Part shown: in pieces, positions 1 through 14,000 of the stretch | How positions within the stretch are numbered: the stretch's first letter is position 1 | Layout: each line of letters opens with the position of its first letter | NCBI GenBank assembly: GCA_964016885.1 | Contig: OZ024741.1 | Location: 360,344,001-360,408,000, forward strand | Origin: Eledone cirrhosa | Taxonomy: Eukaryota | DNA: 64,000 nucleotides | Direction of reading: 5' to 3' | The notes under the pieces: model-generated | What the model saw: the letters and a program-made list of their open reading frames with translations, nothing else | What the model was told of the DNA's origin: nothing | The model's database searches: none | Translations under genes and position numbers: made by a program

Positions 1-699
1 GTGGTAGCTTACTGTGTGGTTGCTAGAATTAACAGCAAAACCACCTTCAAATCATGCTAAAGGGCACATTGGACAATGAAGTACCAGATAAATTATGTCA
101 GGATAAAAAAAAAATTAACAGGATCGTCACAGTTGGATCATGGGTGTGTAGTAGTAATGACCTTTAACTAAACAGCAAAAAAAAAAAAAAACTTTATTCC
201 TCTGACAACATACTGGAATCATTTAACATCCACTTTCCATACTGACATAGATTGGATAGATCATTATAGAGAAAGTCAGTTGTTATTCAGAGTTACTGCC
301 TTCCTATATGAACCTGTGAACCACATCTCACTCATACATTTCATTTTGTGCATGGTTTCTATGGATGGATGTGCTTCCTAATAGCAACCATTATACAGAG
401 TGCACTGGGTGCATTTTATCATGGCACAAAAACCAATCTACAACTCAAACTGTCACAAAAGAAAAAAAACCTCATGTAGCAGACACTATACAGATTCAAT
501 GACTTCCTTGTTCCTGATGACTTGCACTCAGGACATAATTGTTTTGTTTTTTTAATATACATTAGAGTCCAACCTTTATTAGCAGGGAAACTGGATGTTA
601 AATGATGATGATGAAAGAGGGTAGTTTAATTCAATGTCCCTTCACCACATGAAACTGCATTAGCAAGGCCTTGAAAAGTGTATCCCCCCTCCCCCACTG

Positions 700-1130
700 T
701 CATGCCGTTACAGTGCTGGCTGCCTCCCATGCCATGCTGCTCTTGAGATTATAAAGCATGGTCTGGACGGCACAGACTTCCCTTCCCAGTTCAAGTCAGT
801 GGGTTCCGTCGGGGTAGACTCATCTGGGATGCTACTTGCTGTAACACCTTATGGCAACCTGATGCATTCAGCTATCAGCCCAGGCTCTGCTGCCTGCCAG
901 GCTGAATAAAGCAAACTGTCCAGTTATCGGCCGCTCTCTGATAGGTTTGTGGTAGCACCTGTAGTAGTGGAGACTTCTGGATTTCTTGGCCCCTCCAGAC
1001 CACATCCCTACACACTACTATCAAAGTTAAGCTGGCTGCCCGCAGGTGCATGCCCTGCAAGGTAGAGTGGCTGTTCTAGTGCGTCTCCCTCACTGTCCTC
1101 CCAGGCAATCTATTCTCCATCCTGTTGGCC
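700..1130 (+). mobile_element. Degenerate 3' fragment of a CRE-like (restriction-like endonuclease) non-LTR retrotransposon
   Basis: Nucleotide similarity to 29120-29620 (gccatgctgc..., ttcccttcccag, tctgggatg.tacttgc, gtggagacttctgg); many stops and indels. Confidence 0.7.
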
Positions 1131-1439
1131 GAAACCAAAAGGCAAAGGGTAAAGTTAGTTGGAGGTCGAGGTTACTCATTTGGACATTACACATTTCCTC
1201 TTTTCACCCTACTTTCACTCACCAGGATACTTATAACTGTATATACATCGACTTATTCCACACCAACATCCTTGGACTTCCTTTCAATATCTGCTAATGT
1301 TATACTAAAAAAGAAAACACTGACTGCATCACATTAAAAATTACTCTAAAAATGTAAATTTTCACAACCATCTTTCAACTAGTAAAGATACCAGTTTTTA
1401 GATATTTTCTGCTAGATCATTGCAGGTTAAGAGTTAACT

Positions 1440-1880
1440 AAACATGCTGATTATGGTATGACCATCTCTTTTTCCATGTTTACATGAGTTTTCACAAGCA
1501 CATTACTTCACTATTTGCTACACAATCCTTTGTCATCTCCTTTGTAAAGTCCAGCCTCTTCAGATCAGCTTGTTCTTTCTCTTCTCTAGGTCCTTCCATT
1601 TAGATTGCATGACACTGTTATATCCATCTGTCATTCACTACATACATCACATGTCAATACCAGTACAGATTTTTCTCTTGCATGCTACCCTGCCTTTTGC
1701 TCAGCTTATTTGTGCTCTGCCATTTATGCTCTCTAACATTATACATCCAGCAGAGTATGTTCACTTCATTTCTTTCTAGCCTCCAAACATTTTCAACAGT
1801 CAATGCCCATGTTTACACTACCATGCAACATTTCTCTTCATACATGAGCATTATATAATCTGCCCATCACTCAGAACTAT
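1440..1880 (-). mobile_element. Highly degenerate RTE LINE 3' fragment
   Basis: Patchy similarity to 42900-43230 (catcacatg, atacatccagcagag, tctttctag, ccatgcaacat). Confidence 0.5.
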
Positions 1881-3334
1881 TTTTAGAATTCTAAACCACA
1901 CGAGTTAATCAATTGGTATTATTGTTAAAACTTTCTAAATATTTGATTATTATCTGGTATTGTTTGATACCCAACATTTCTCACTTCCAGTTTATGACTA
2001 CCATTTAAGGAATGAATTAAACTATTTTCTTCATAGAAAATGGTTCTAGAGTTTCTATTTGCTTATGTATTCATTCAATATTTTCTTCTGTTTATATATA
2101 TATATATATATATATATAGGTGTTTAATGAATACAGAGTTATAATAATGCCAATTGCAACATTATCTGATAAGCACTGTAGAATGAAATATTTTTTAATG
2201 CTATTCTATGTCAGTTTTGTTTTTTATGGTATATAAAAATGTGTGCATATATATATATATATCATCATTGGACCCAAATATATATATATACACACACATA
2301 CACACACACTAATACACACACACATTCCTCAACCATTTCCTGATAAATAATGGATGTGAAGTAGACAGAGCAACAGTTTCACAGAAATTCATACATACAC
2401 CCTGACAAATCCAGTTTTGCAGGGTACAAACAATAACCATAATAAATAAATCAGCCTCAATGGATTTTTATTGAAAGTGCAATCAACAGTTCACAATTAT
2501 AAAGTTTCCTAGTTAATTATTATTATATCCTTTAACATTGGTTTTCCCTGATAGAAAGGGATGGACAGGTCACAGACCAACTCAGTACTTAACTAGAGCT
2601 ACTGACCTTTCAGTATTTTTGCACACTTTGTACCTAAATTTGAAAATTTATTCAAAAGAGTTATTTATACATACTAGCAGAAAATAGAAACATAGATAAT
2701 GAAAATTATTTGTATTTTCTTCTTTAGTCAATAAAGGGAGCCAAGTTATCAATTACTATGTTAATGTTGACATTCTGAGTTCAATTGTTTCTCACTTTGA
2801 AAGTTTTTCACCTTTTGAGAATCTTGCTTTTTCACGGTGCACCTAATTACATCTCAGTGTGCACCAGTGCGGATTGGGAACAATTTGCAGTGTTGACTTG
2901 TTTGTTACAGGTTGTAATCTAAGTGGAAAAACCTTTGCTCTGGACATTTAAAGGCATCAGCTAATGTATGCAAGAATATGACAGCACTAGTCTGGACAAG
3001 TGTGTATGTAAGCTACAAATAGAAAACAGTTTTAACTCTTCATATAAAACCACCTCTGCTATGATATGAAACTATTTTGATGTGTTTATATTTAGCTAAA
3101 AACCATCCATCATAATTTTATGTTAAGTTTATTACCTTTGTTAAGTTATATTCCAAACACAAATAATGAGAGTTATATTAGTGAAACCTTCCAAGTTCTT
3201 GATTATTTTCAAAATAGTTTTAAAATCATAGGCACTGTAATTCATTAGAAATATAATAATAGTAATAAAAAGGTTAAAGTCAGATCTCAGGATTCTGAGC
3301 CTTCGAAATACTAACATAAGTGGTGATATGGTAT

Positions 3335-3520
3335 ATAATTGTTTCTACTTTTGGCACAAGGCCAGCAATTACCCAGTACATTACTGGTACTTTATTTTAT
3401 CGACCCCGTAAGGATGAAAGGCAAAGTTAACCTCGGCAGGATTTGAATTCAGACCATAAAGGGCCGTAACTCTTTGCTGCAAAGCATGGCGTCCGACCTT
3501 CTACTGGTACTGCCAATCCA
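3335..3520 (-). mobile_element. tRNA-derived SINE, cephalopod-type family A
   Basis: Reverse complement of the consensus tggattggcagta...ttcaaatcc.gccgaggttaactttgcctttcatccttacggggtcgataaaataaagtaccag...agtagaaacaatt; flanked by direct repeat atatggtatataat. Confidence 0.85.
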
Positions 3521-5029
3521 TTATTATATGGTATATAATAGAACTAAATAACACAATATGGTGAAACAGATTGATGATAATGATACAATGTTGGTATGGT
3601 TTGTAATCAGTTCAAGATTAGTGTAGGACCTGTAGCATATGTTATAGTGTCCAATAATTATATTTAATGTATAGTACTATAGTATAAAGTACGTAGTGCA
3701 GGACTCATAGCAAACACTACTCTTATGCCTAGGTTAATATGTCTGTTTGTAATATCACAATGTTATGATGACATGGCAGTAGTTGCAAACATACCATCAC
3801 TTTTAGGTGTATAGAGAGGGGGAAAAAAGGAGATCAAAAGGGAAAGAGAATGATATAGATAGCTGGTTGAAAGGACAAATGAGAAAGAAAGAAGAGAATG
3901 GGGAAAGGGAAGGTGAGAGATAGGAAGTAGGAAGAGAAGAAAGGAGGGGGAAAGAGTGTATGAGTGAGAAAAAGTGTAGTTACTCACTCAAATAATTAAT
4001 TCAAGCCCACAACCAATAGCTTAACAATAACTTGTCTAATATAAATAACAAGAAAATCTTTAGTTTTCCCTGTGAAAATCCCAGCTGGAGAATCAGACAT
4101 CTGCATGAAATGTTCTCACTCAGAATTAAACAAATGGCTTTCTATATGTATGTTTGTAATAAACAAGTTTCCAAGGACACAACACCACCTTTTCAACCGA
4201 GTTAAAACTGTATTGGAGATTGGTACTACTTATTCACAACCATAAACTCTACAGTTACTCACACTGTACTGAGCTCAGTCTTTCCATATCAAAATATCCA
4301 ACTCATGCTGTATGCTATTCTAACACTGTTACCCTGTTTTTTTTTTTGTTGTTTTTTTATAGCAAGTCTGGTGGTGGAATAGCACTTATCACCTTTTCCA
4401 AGGCCTCAAAAGCTGGTGGGAAGATGTTACCTTCAAACCAGAGGCCTGATCTAAATGCCTGCAACAGAATGTTCACAGCTAAAGGCACCTAAGTGCGAAG
4501 CTGTACTGTTAAACTGAGCAATGGAGTAAATCTACCACCTAGTTTGTGTTACCAAATAGCACAAACATTTCATTATTGAGAAGTATCTAATAAAAACAAA
4601 ACATATTAGAGGGAACAAAAAAGAAAAATAAGTATCAAGCAACAAAAGAAAATGAGAGGGGGAGGGACAGACACTACACCCCAGTCTGAGCAGAGCCTCA
4701 GCTGTGCCCCATGGACAAAATGGCAATGGCATGACTGCAGAGAGTGGCAAAAGACAACTGCTGCAACAGTCAGCCCTCCTTATGGGGCTTCCTCCTTTTT
4801 GGGCCGTTGTCTTTCCAACTTTACAGAGGAAATCAGATATAAAGGGACCAAGGATGCCAGAGGTCTCGACAGAGATCAGTGCAAAGAGGAAGCAGTTGGT
4901 GAAATCCTGGTATTTGAGCCTTGGTTTATGGCCAAAGCGACAAGGTTGGAGGAGGCGGAGAATGAGTCACTGCACATCACGTTCAAGATGAGGAATTTGC
5001 TCCCCCTTCAACGAGAAGAGGGTTAATCT

Positions 5030-5330
5030 GTAGGGCCATGGTCAAGGCCAGTGGGCTCCAATTGTGACAGGAAACCAGCTGCATCAAGCTCCTTCAAATG
5101 ATGTCGTTCTGAGCAACATTACAAGGGAGCCAGCCTACACTAACGTGGCTAGATAAAAGGTACAGGCTGAACTCGTTAACACTGCTCCACAACAGCATCT
5201 GTGTGGCTCACATGCTGTGCCACTCCAATGTGGGTGCACTTCTCATCTAGAAGGGTACTGGTTGATGAAGAAGGCACTGAATTGAGCAGAGCGCCACTCA
5301 GACTTGCTAGCAGTCAACCAACAGTATATA
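5030..5330 (-). mobile_element. CRE-like LINE fragment
   Basis: Minus strand reads ...AAGFLSQLEPTGLDHG, matching AAGFPSQLEPVGLDRG of the 28802 ORF. Confidence 0.6.
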
Positions 5331-5695
5331 TTTAGAGTGTAGATGATCCTAATTACAATATAAATACTACTTTCTTATCTGGCGTTCCTTATTAATTATT
5401 TCAGCATATACTTCAGCCAGTGACAATACACAGATCAAGATACTCTTATTTAAACATGAAAATACAATATACATATCCCAGGCTCAATACTCACTTCACT
5501 TCATAAATCTGCCTTCTTAACTGCCCACTAATTAATACACCCAAACTTCAAATTAAACATTAAGTTTGTTGTTTTTCTTCTTGTTTAACCACAGACCAAT
5601 TTAGATTAAGTAGATCTATGATCAAAAGCAATTCAGAAGAAATTTGCACAAGAAAATCAAAACCGAAATCATACTGTTGCAAAGCATACTTTTAA

Positions 5696-5953
5696 CCCGA
5701 GCTATCAGATTCGGAGCTAACGCATTTTCCAGTGAAATAGTTTGTACATACGTACCAGATTGCCTGCAACATCATTCTCAATATTCCAGCCTGGTAATCT
5801 GTTAAATCTTCAATCAAATGAGCCAAAACAAAAAGGAAATCTAATTTCCAATCAATTCTTAAAACAACTCAACAATTGATTTTTTTTTTTTTACTTTTGC
5901 ATTACAAACTATTTCACTGGAAAATGCGTTAGCTCCGAATCTGATAACTCGGG
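5696..5953. mobile_element. piggyBac-like MITE (258 bp)
   Basis: About 50-bp terminal inverted repeats (CCCGAGCTATCAGATTCGGAGCTAACGCATTTTCCAGTGAAATAGTTTGTA), CCC...GGG termini, TTAA on both sides (5692-5695, 5954-5957). Confidence 0.85.
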
Positions 5954-6439
5954 TTAAATTTTATGATACTGTCAATCATAACGGTAACTTGAAACTTGAA
6001 AGTATATATCTTGCTATGCGCATTGAAAAGACAATAGAAACTGATAAAGAAACACAGCGAATGAGAGATAACAGGTGCCAAATATAAGGAAAGATACAGC
6101 TAGATAAATAGGAGGTGGGGACTTTATGGATAATGTTTTGTATACGTAAGTTTGACAGCACACGTGACATTTGTAAATGACCACTTCGACAGACGGTTAA
6201 CTAAAGTAGGCAGGTCTGCTGAGTGACAAAGATCAATAAATAACTTCGCTAGTGAAGTTAAATGACAGTATAACAAGCACTGTAAGAATGTTTCAGATGA
6301 ACCAATTATGCGCGATTCTATCGGTTTCCGTTTGTGAACCATTCTACTTCACTAAATACAACAGTCTAGAGAAAAATCAAAGATACTATCGCTAGGTTTT
6401 TTTTGTTTTTTTTTTTATTTCTACTCCCTAAAGGACTTT

Positions 6440-6640
6440 AAAGATGAGACAGTTATTTGTTTAAAACAGCATCCAAATATCCTTGAAATCACACTTTTTT
6501 TTAAATTCAAAGGACACATTTGATAGGCATTGTAGTCCTAGATATACCGTGTATGGATAAAAGATAAAATGGTTACAGTTGAAACACTTTTAATCATAGG
6601 TCTGTTGAATGAGAGTTGACCTGGAACTGGGCAGCAACAA
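6440..6640 (+). repeat. Old dispersed repeat family (other copies about 1-170, 9140-9290, 52560-52740, 53560-53770, 55990-56150)
   Basis: Shared motifs cctcaaatcac...ggacacatt..gata...gtagtcctagat...gatcataggtctg in several degenerate copies on both strands. Confidence 0.55.
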
Positions 6641-7901
6641 ATCAAAGGTCTATCCCGTGTTAAAACATCAATAATAGGAGCAGATAATCCGTGTCCACGG
6701 TGCAATTATAAACAGGATAAACGTCATCTCTTCACCTTGCCCGTCTCCTGACGCTGTGGTCGCAACATTTTTTCGCAAAATGAACCTCAAATGTCACAGA
6801 GACATATAAAGAACCTTTGAACTTGATATTTCACGATATGTAATACCAAATATTACTCAGACTTATAAAGAATCCTTAATCTTAATCTTAGAAAGATTAT
6901 ATATGTACACAACTTTACTGAACAAACTCTGTATGAATTTCCTTTTTTTCACGAGCCCCAAAAATATTTTAGTGAAACCCTTTGAGTTCGTATGAATGAA
7001 TCCAGGTTGGAGACCACTGTCCTTAACCTGTCGAAGTGATAGGAGGGGAATAGACAACATTACTAATTTGTCGTGATAGCTATGCCCATCCCTATGGTAC
7101 TAGCTACCTAGATAGATGTCAGCTAGTCATGTGTATTTAGTGCAATGTGACCAATGCCCAATTGCTGTAAGTGATGTTAAATGTTAGGAAAAGAACAAAC
7201 TGTTACTACATACATATTCAGAATTAAGTTCGAAAATGAGAGGCTACCTTTTCTAAATTTCCCTTTACACAAATAGTCACATATATACAAATATTCATAT
7301 AGGCATGCATGAATACTAACCATACACATGCAAGTAAATATGTGTGTATTCACATAAATGCATCCATTTCACATAAACATGTGCACATTAGTATTATACA
7401 TACACGCATATATGCGAGTTCACACATGCATGTACACTCACACAAGCATATATATATACACACACACACATTCACATGTATACAGAATATATACATTACA
7501 TCTAACCTTAATAAATTTTTGTTTTGTTTTTTTTTTCTTTTTCGGGGTGGGGTGGGTTTGAATGAACATACCAAAAAATATGTTTATGAATGCAGCTAGT
7601 AGAAATAAATTTTGAGAAAAATGCAGAAATTGCTGCTAATTTCACTGGGAATCTTACAAGGTATAAAAGAGACAGAAAGTGTTAAGTTGATAGAAAGGAA
7701 TCCATTTTTTTTTAAATCAGCATAACTGGTGTGAGAGATGTCCTTGACATCAACAAGAGCTGCTGAGGTGTAAAGGTTGCAAGCATGAGGGGAACTGTCA
7801 GTTATAATTATCTGTACTAACATCACAACTGTCCCAAAACCGGTTAGGAAACGTCTACATATAAGCGTGTCTAAATGACAGATTGGGTGTGTATGTTTGT
7901 G

Positions 7902-7940
<39 letters not shown>

Positions 7941-8186
7941 ACACACATACCGGGTGGGTGGGTGTATAATTGTATAGCTATTCTGAATGTTTATGTGATT
8001 CAATGTGTGGGGAGAGTGTTGCAGACGAATATTTGTGTGTATATGTGTGGTTATAAGTGGTTGTATATGCATGTTTGGTTGTGTAAGATTGTACAATTTT
8101 ATGTAAATGTTGGGTTTTTAAACTAAGTTTATTTTTATTATAAATGTAAAGGTAATATGAGGAACATTTATTATTATCACAAAAAA

Positions 8187-8523
8187 GGGTGGTAGATTGG
8201 CAGTATCAGTAGAGGGTCGGACAACATGCTTTGCAGCATAGAGTTATGGCTCTTTATGGCCCGAGTTCAAATCGCGCCGAGGTTAACTTTGCCTTTCATC
8301 CTTACGGGGTCGATAAAATAAAGTACCAGTAATGCACTGAGTAATTGCTGGCCTTGTGCCAAAAGTAGAAACAATTATCACCAAAAAAAATCATTATTAC
8401 TTTTCTATTACAAATCCCGCCGAGGTTAACTTTGCCTTTCATCCTTACGGGGTCGATGAAATAAAGTATCAGTAATGCACTGGATATTTGCTGGCCTTGT
8501 GCCAAAAGTAGAAACAATTATTA
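8187..8523 (+). mobile_element. SINE family A: one full copy plus a tandem 3' partial copy (8411-8523)
   Basis: tRNA-like head with A/B boxes (tggcagtatcagtag; gagttcaaatc) and the family core. Confidence 0.85.
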
Positions 8524-9918
8524 CTTTTCTATGAATATAATATAATACTTACAGAATGAAAATATAGACACAAATAATATATACAATTAATTATTGCTGG
8601 GAACCTTATAAATATAATACACAAAAATATATGATCGAAACAAGAGAAGTTAGGTTGTGTGAATATCAGTCCAATCATGTGTTTAAATGTGACGTATGTG
8701 TGTGCTAAATACCCGAGCATTAAAGTGTTTTTGTCAGGTGCGACTCTTTCCAAATATTTCAACACAGAAATGTGTATAAAAACACCTAGTTATTAATCAA
8801 GACACACTTCAAAATAACACGTTGATGTAAACCCTAATAAATCAGATTTCTACAGAGAAGTCATTCATTCTCAAATACTGACTGATCTAGTAGGACACCC
8901 TAAATATCAACCACAGTTAAACAAGCCAGTTTTAAAATTTAAATGGAAGTTAAGTCATTATCCGCGTCGAACAGCCATATTGGCGCAACTATCGAATTTA
9001 ATTGTAAATATTAAAAAATTTTCATTAAATATTTACCAGTTTTAATTAGCATAAACGGACATAATACTGACACAAACAACAACTGCCAAATGACACGAAG
9101 TCTCATAATGATTGAATACTTGTTAAACCCACATAAGGGGGAGAGCTTCTAGGTAGTAGCTCGACCTGTTAGAAATTGTAAGCTATTATCCCTCAAATTA
9201 CACTACCATTTAAAAAAAGGACGGAAACATTGGATAAAATATATCTGAATAGTCACGGGGGAACGCGTTTGTTCATAGGTCTTGTGAATAATCGAAAATT
9301 GAAACCGAGGTAAAGATGTGACATGGAGGAATAGAGGCACAGTTTAAAGCCCATGTAATAATTAATTAAGATTGAATTATTCCGCATTAGCTTTATAAAC
9401 TGGTAGTCAGATCGGTTGTTTTTTTATAAAAGAAAGCAAAAAATTATATAAAGCAGTAATAAGAGATCAGGTATTGACATTTTCCAAATCGCACACGTGT
9501 TTATAATAAACAGAAATGATTTTTTTTAGTCTTCGTGTCATAAGTGAAGTGAGTAAAAGATTTATAAGAGACAACGATTTCCGTAGCCTACCGGTTTTTT
9601 AATTGCCGGTTTCCCGAATGTAAACACGGTAATAAAGCTGTCCCTTTAAGGAAAGAGTAGAGGGACCACCATGCCCGAATCCCAATTCAGAAGTGAATTC
9701 CTTTATAATATAGCTGTAAATTGATCAGTATATGATGAGATAGATACATTGTAGTGGTGGTGTTTTATATTTTAGTGGCGGGAATAAGAAATAACGAGGA
9801 AGGAAAATGGGTCAGAAGACTTGAAATATGGGTAAAGTATCACGAAATCACACACACAATGTAATACAATTGAGATATTAAAAAAGAAAAAAGGTGAAAA
9901 TGTATAATAAATACTTAC

Positions 9919-10002
9919 ACGTTGGTCGACAGGGACGGTATTTTTCTTCCGCCGTAGGTTCGGAGAGCGAAGGACCTTTCTTGAGATGCTAGGTTTATCC
10001 AT
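9919..10002 (-). CDS. Candidate first coding exon MDKPSISRKVLRSPNLRRKKNTVPVDQR, product unknown
   Basis: ATG at 10002-10000 and an open frame ending at a perfect GTAAGT donor (9918-9913), in non-repetitive, CpG-containing DNA; no homology recognised. Confidence 0.3.
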
Positions 10003-11325
10003 AGTGTAGTGAATATTCAAGTGACCTGGTCAGTTCAATTAGCCACTTGTCACTGGGTTGACCAAAACTTGTTCATCTAGTTCCTGCCACCCGTCAACCA
10101 CTTAACCTCTGCTATATTGACAGTAGTATTAGCCTATCAATGGCTTCACTACACGCCAAGGAATATTTCGCATAAATATGGGTAAAGAATGAAATAAACT
10201 TCGTTTCTTTCTCTTTCCTTGAAGTTTTACAACTGGTTATTTTATATCTGTCATTTTTGGAAAGATTGTGTTTGTGTTTTTCCTTTTTCCCTCATTAGCA
10301 AGCACCAGTAGAAATCATAAACAAGACAGTGGCGGAGAGACCCTACAATGAAAGAGAGAGGGAGATGTGCAGTCATTTATTTATTGTACACACGGTTGCC
10401 CTCCTCTTTTTCTTCTTACTGTTCAAAGTCGGCGGTGGTAAAGCTGATACTGCCATTATTCAAGCGTTTAAATACCTTTCTTACTTAACTCACTTCCCCC
10501 CTTTTTCCCTTTCTTGGCTGTTGGCAAAACAACAACAAAATTAGTGAGGGCGGAGGTTAGATTAAACTAGTATTCTGTGTGTGTATATATATATCTGCGT
10601 GCACCCGTGTCTCTCAATAGAGGCACATAGAAGAGAGAGCGCGTATATAAATGAACATATTGGTGTCTAGTGTTGCTCTGTTTACAACTAATGTGTGCGT
10701 GCGTATAAAAGCGATGAGAGAGTGGTTAAAGCATTACTGACTGATGTTGTCTTTACAGTTAACACCTCACTCTCCTCCTTCTTTACATACAGTACACGGC
10801 TACCGACATTTTTAACTAACGGCTGATTTTATTGGCTACTGCTATTAGACTTGTTTTCTTTCACTATTCCACATGTGTCTGTCTTACCCGAAATCTTTCA
10901 CGGAATGGATTTCTTATAGAAAAATCAATACTAAGATACACATTTTAAGGGTAACCTTCATGGATATATATACATATATATATACACACGCGCATCCCCA
11001 GATATATATAATAATAATTATTTTTTATTATTATTATAACTGTGAAGCTATATCAGTGACTTGAGGGTCTGGGGTTTCGTACCTTTAGGCACGAAGGTGT
11101 TGACTGATCCTCAAGACACACACACATATACATACACAGGCTGTCTCCCAAAAATGATTACCTGTACAAGCAATATTTATTAGAATGCTGTTGAACTGTG
11201 TATAAATCTTCTCTAAATCAGTTATAAACATTTATGTTTGTCGGACTGAGTGCTCAAGCTACAGACCGATTATGCATATACGTTAGCTTGGCCGTATTCT
11301 AAAGCTTCGTCAATGCTGTACTAAA

Positions 11326-11419
<94 letters not shown>

Positions 11420-11460
11420 ATGATATTAATAAATGGAAACTATATTTATAAAACCATATT

Positions 11461-11522
11461 TATTTTATTATATATGTTTCAAGGGTACCAAAATTTTGGT
11501 TACGCCCTCATCAGATAAAATA
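11461..11522 (-). ncRNA. Minimal type I hammerhead ribozyme (antisense arm of A)
   Basis: Reverse complement: TATTTTAT-CTGATGA-GGGCGTAACCAAAATTTTGGTACCCTT-GAAA-CATATA-TA-ATAAAATA. Confidence 0.7.
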
Positions 11523-11841
11523 CAAAATTTGTTTTATAAAGAAACCAGACCTTATCGGTTCAAGTTCAGTTTGGATAGTGAAAGAAAAATTTCAAATCTT
11601 TAGGATGGATTTATAAATTATCCTAATAATTATTTTTTTCTTCTTCCATTTATAAATTATCCTAATAATTATTTAAATTCACCTAGCGTCTAAATATAAC
11701 GATCTTTTTTCAGCCTTACGTTTCAACCTCATTTACATATTCATCCTAAAGATTTGAAATTTTTCTTTCACTATCCAAACTGAACCTAAACCGATAAGGT
11801 CTTATTTCTTGGGTATGTCACCATTTATAAAACAAATTTTG

Positions 11842-11902
11842 TATTTTATCTGATGAGGGCGTACCAAAATGTTGGTACCCTTGAAATATATATAATAAAA
11901 TA
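11842..11902 (+). ncRNA. Minimal type I hammerhead ribozyme
   Basis: Stem I TATTTTAT/ATAAAATA; core CTGATGA; stem II GGGCGTACCAA/TTGGTACCCTT; GAAA; palindromic TATATA; UA cleavage after 11894. Confidence 0.8.
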
Positions 11903-12082
11903 AATATGGTTTTATAAATATAGTTTCCATTTATTAATATCATTGTTATTATACTCCAGAAAATTTGTAGAGTGCTTCGAATCTGTTATAAATAAATTTG
12001 TTGAATAACCAACAAATTAAATATCTCTTTGCTTATATATATATATAATATTACATACATATATACATACATATGTTCACAC

Positions 12083-12134
<52 letters not shown>

Positions 12135-12167
12135 AAAAGAAACCAAAGAACGCTCACATACTCAGTT

Positions 12168-12227
12168 TTTATTTGCTTACAATGTTTCATCCATATCGTT
12201 GGGTAGAAATCATCAGAGCTTAATAAA
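12168..12227 (-). ncRNA. Minimal hammerhead ribozyme (antisense arm of B)
   Basis: Reverse complement: TTTATTAAGCT-CTGATGA-TTTCTACCCAACGATATGGAT-GAAA-CATTG-TA-AGCAAATAAA; stem II weakened. Confidence 0.55.
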
Positions 12228-13940
12228 CACAGTACTGAATATAAGCTCTACCAAGCTTAGTCACACGAACAATCGGAATACAATAGAGGGCAAAGATGGG
12301 GAGATCAGAGATGGCGAATAAGGAGAGAATACATGCTGGGGTCGTTAAGCACCACAGCTAAATGCTAGGGCACAAGCAGATCTCACAAGATGCAGATACA
12401 ATTGATGGCACACAAAATCAAAAAATACAAACAATGGTTAAAACATAAAAAAGAAGTAAAAGAAAGATAATATAAAGAGATAAAAAGTGAATAAAAAGGT
12501 AAAAGATTTTTTTTATTTTTTAAAAGGAAAGAAGTAAAAAAAGAAAAAAGAAAAAAGAAAAAAGAAAAAAGAAAAAAGAAAAAAGAAAAAAGAAAAAAAG
12601 AAAGAGTTTTAAGCACATAAAAAGCCAAAGGGATTTAAGCGCTGGACCCTACATAAGTGAATAGGGTCTCACTAACTTATAGTTCTTAAGGTACATCCAG
12701 AAAGACCACAGTAATTAAAATCCCCTCCATGGTATACATATACAAGGTATACTGGTAGGTACCTGAATCACGTAGCCCCAGGGTGCTCCACAAGCACATA
12801 GACAGGCAACACATAAATGCAAGCTCTACATAAGCGAAGTGGGGTTATTACAGGATAGAGCAGAATATAACAAGTATATAGATAGGCATCACAAATAAAG
12901 CAAGCTATACACAAGCAGAGCGGGCTTACTATAAGATAGAGCTGCAGCAATAGCCCCACAATATTATTTCAGTTACTGTAAAACCAACTGGCAAAGAGTT
13001 ACCACACATGTATATTAACCGTATAGGCTAGACCAATCGGCCACATATATCCCGATTGTCTAGAGGTTATATAGAAATAGGATTGTCATTAGAAAACCAA
13101 TCAGTCTAAATTATACACATATGTAGATCGTTCAAAAGTAAAAATAGTTGGATTTATACTATCACCCAAACATAGCATCTCATCCAGTAACAGGAATTAC
13201 ATGCTGGATATATACATCAAAAGAACCCCATATATGTTTAAGATCCCAGATCGTATAGCATAATGTGTTCAATTTTCAGCTCCAGATTTTATATAACCAA
13301 AGTCTCCACAGACAATCCAGTCATGAACATGTCAAAAACAATTCCTGGTAAAAGTGCCAGCGATCCGGACAGCACGTGGGTAAACAATCCCGTATTTATA
13401 AATCTGGCTCTAAATAACATGTTACGTGTTGCCTGTCTATGTGCTTGTGGAGCACCCTGGGACTACGTGATTCAGGTACCTACCAGTATACCTTGTATAT
13501 GTATACCATGGAGGGGATTTTAATTACTGTGGTCTTTCTGGATGTACCTTAAGAACTATAAGTTACTGAGACCCTATTCACTTATGTAGGGACCAGCGCT
13601 TAAATCCCTCTGGCTTTTTATGTGCTTAAAACTCTCTCTTTTTTCTTTTTTCTTTTTTCTTCTTTCTTTTTTCACTTCTTTCCTTTTAAAAAATAAAAAA
13701 AAATCTTTTACCTTTTTATTCACTTTTTATCTCTTTATATTATCTTTCTTTTACTTCTTTATTATGCTTTAACCATTGTTTGTATTTTTTGATTTTGTGT
13801 GCCATCAATTGTATCTGCATCTTGTGATTTAGTTGTGGTGCTTAACGACCCCAGCATCTCTGCTCTCCCCATCTTTGCCCTCTATTGCATTCCGATTGTT
13901 CGTGTGACTAAGCTTGGTAGAGCTTATACTCAGCACTGTG

Positions 13941-14000
13941 TTTATTAAGCTCTGATGATTCCTACTCAATGGTATGGATGAAACATTGTAAGCAAATAAA
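13941..14000 (+). ncRNA. Minimal hammerhead ribozyme
   Basis: TTTATTAAGCT-CTGATGA-TTCCTAC tcaatg GTATGGAT-GAAA-CATTG-TA-AGCAAATAAA; GUA site; stem I GCT/AGC plus TTTATT/AATAAA. Confidence 0.7.

Larger units (their letters stand above)
11418..12035 (+). mobile_element. Fold-back Penelope-like (PLE) remnant A with HHRs, flanked by (TA)n
   Basis: Inverted arms about 11418-11620 and 11731-11945, then a unique tail to about 12035; HHR in each arm. Confidence 0.75.

Noticed and set aside
4652-5026. 124-aa ORF
   Set aside because: No recognisable domain; adjacent to LINE debris and probably TE-derived
11270-11316. HHR-like TTGACGA-AGCTT...AAGCT-AAC on the minus strand
   Set aside because: GAAA and stem I are missing; too degenerate to call
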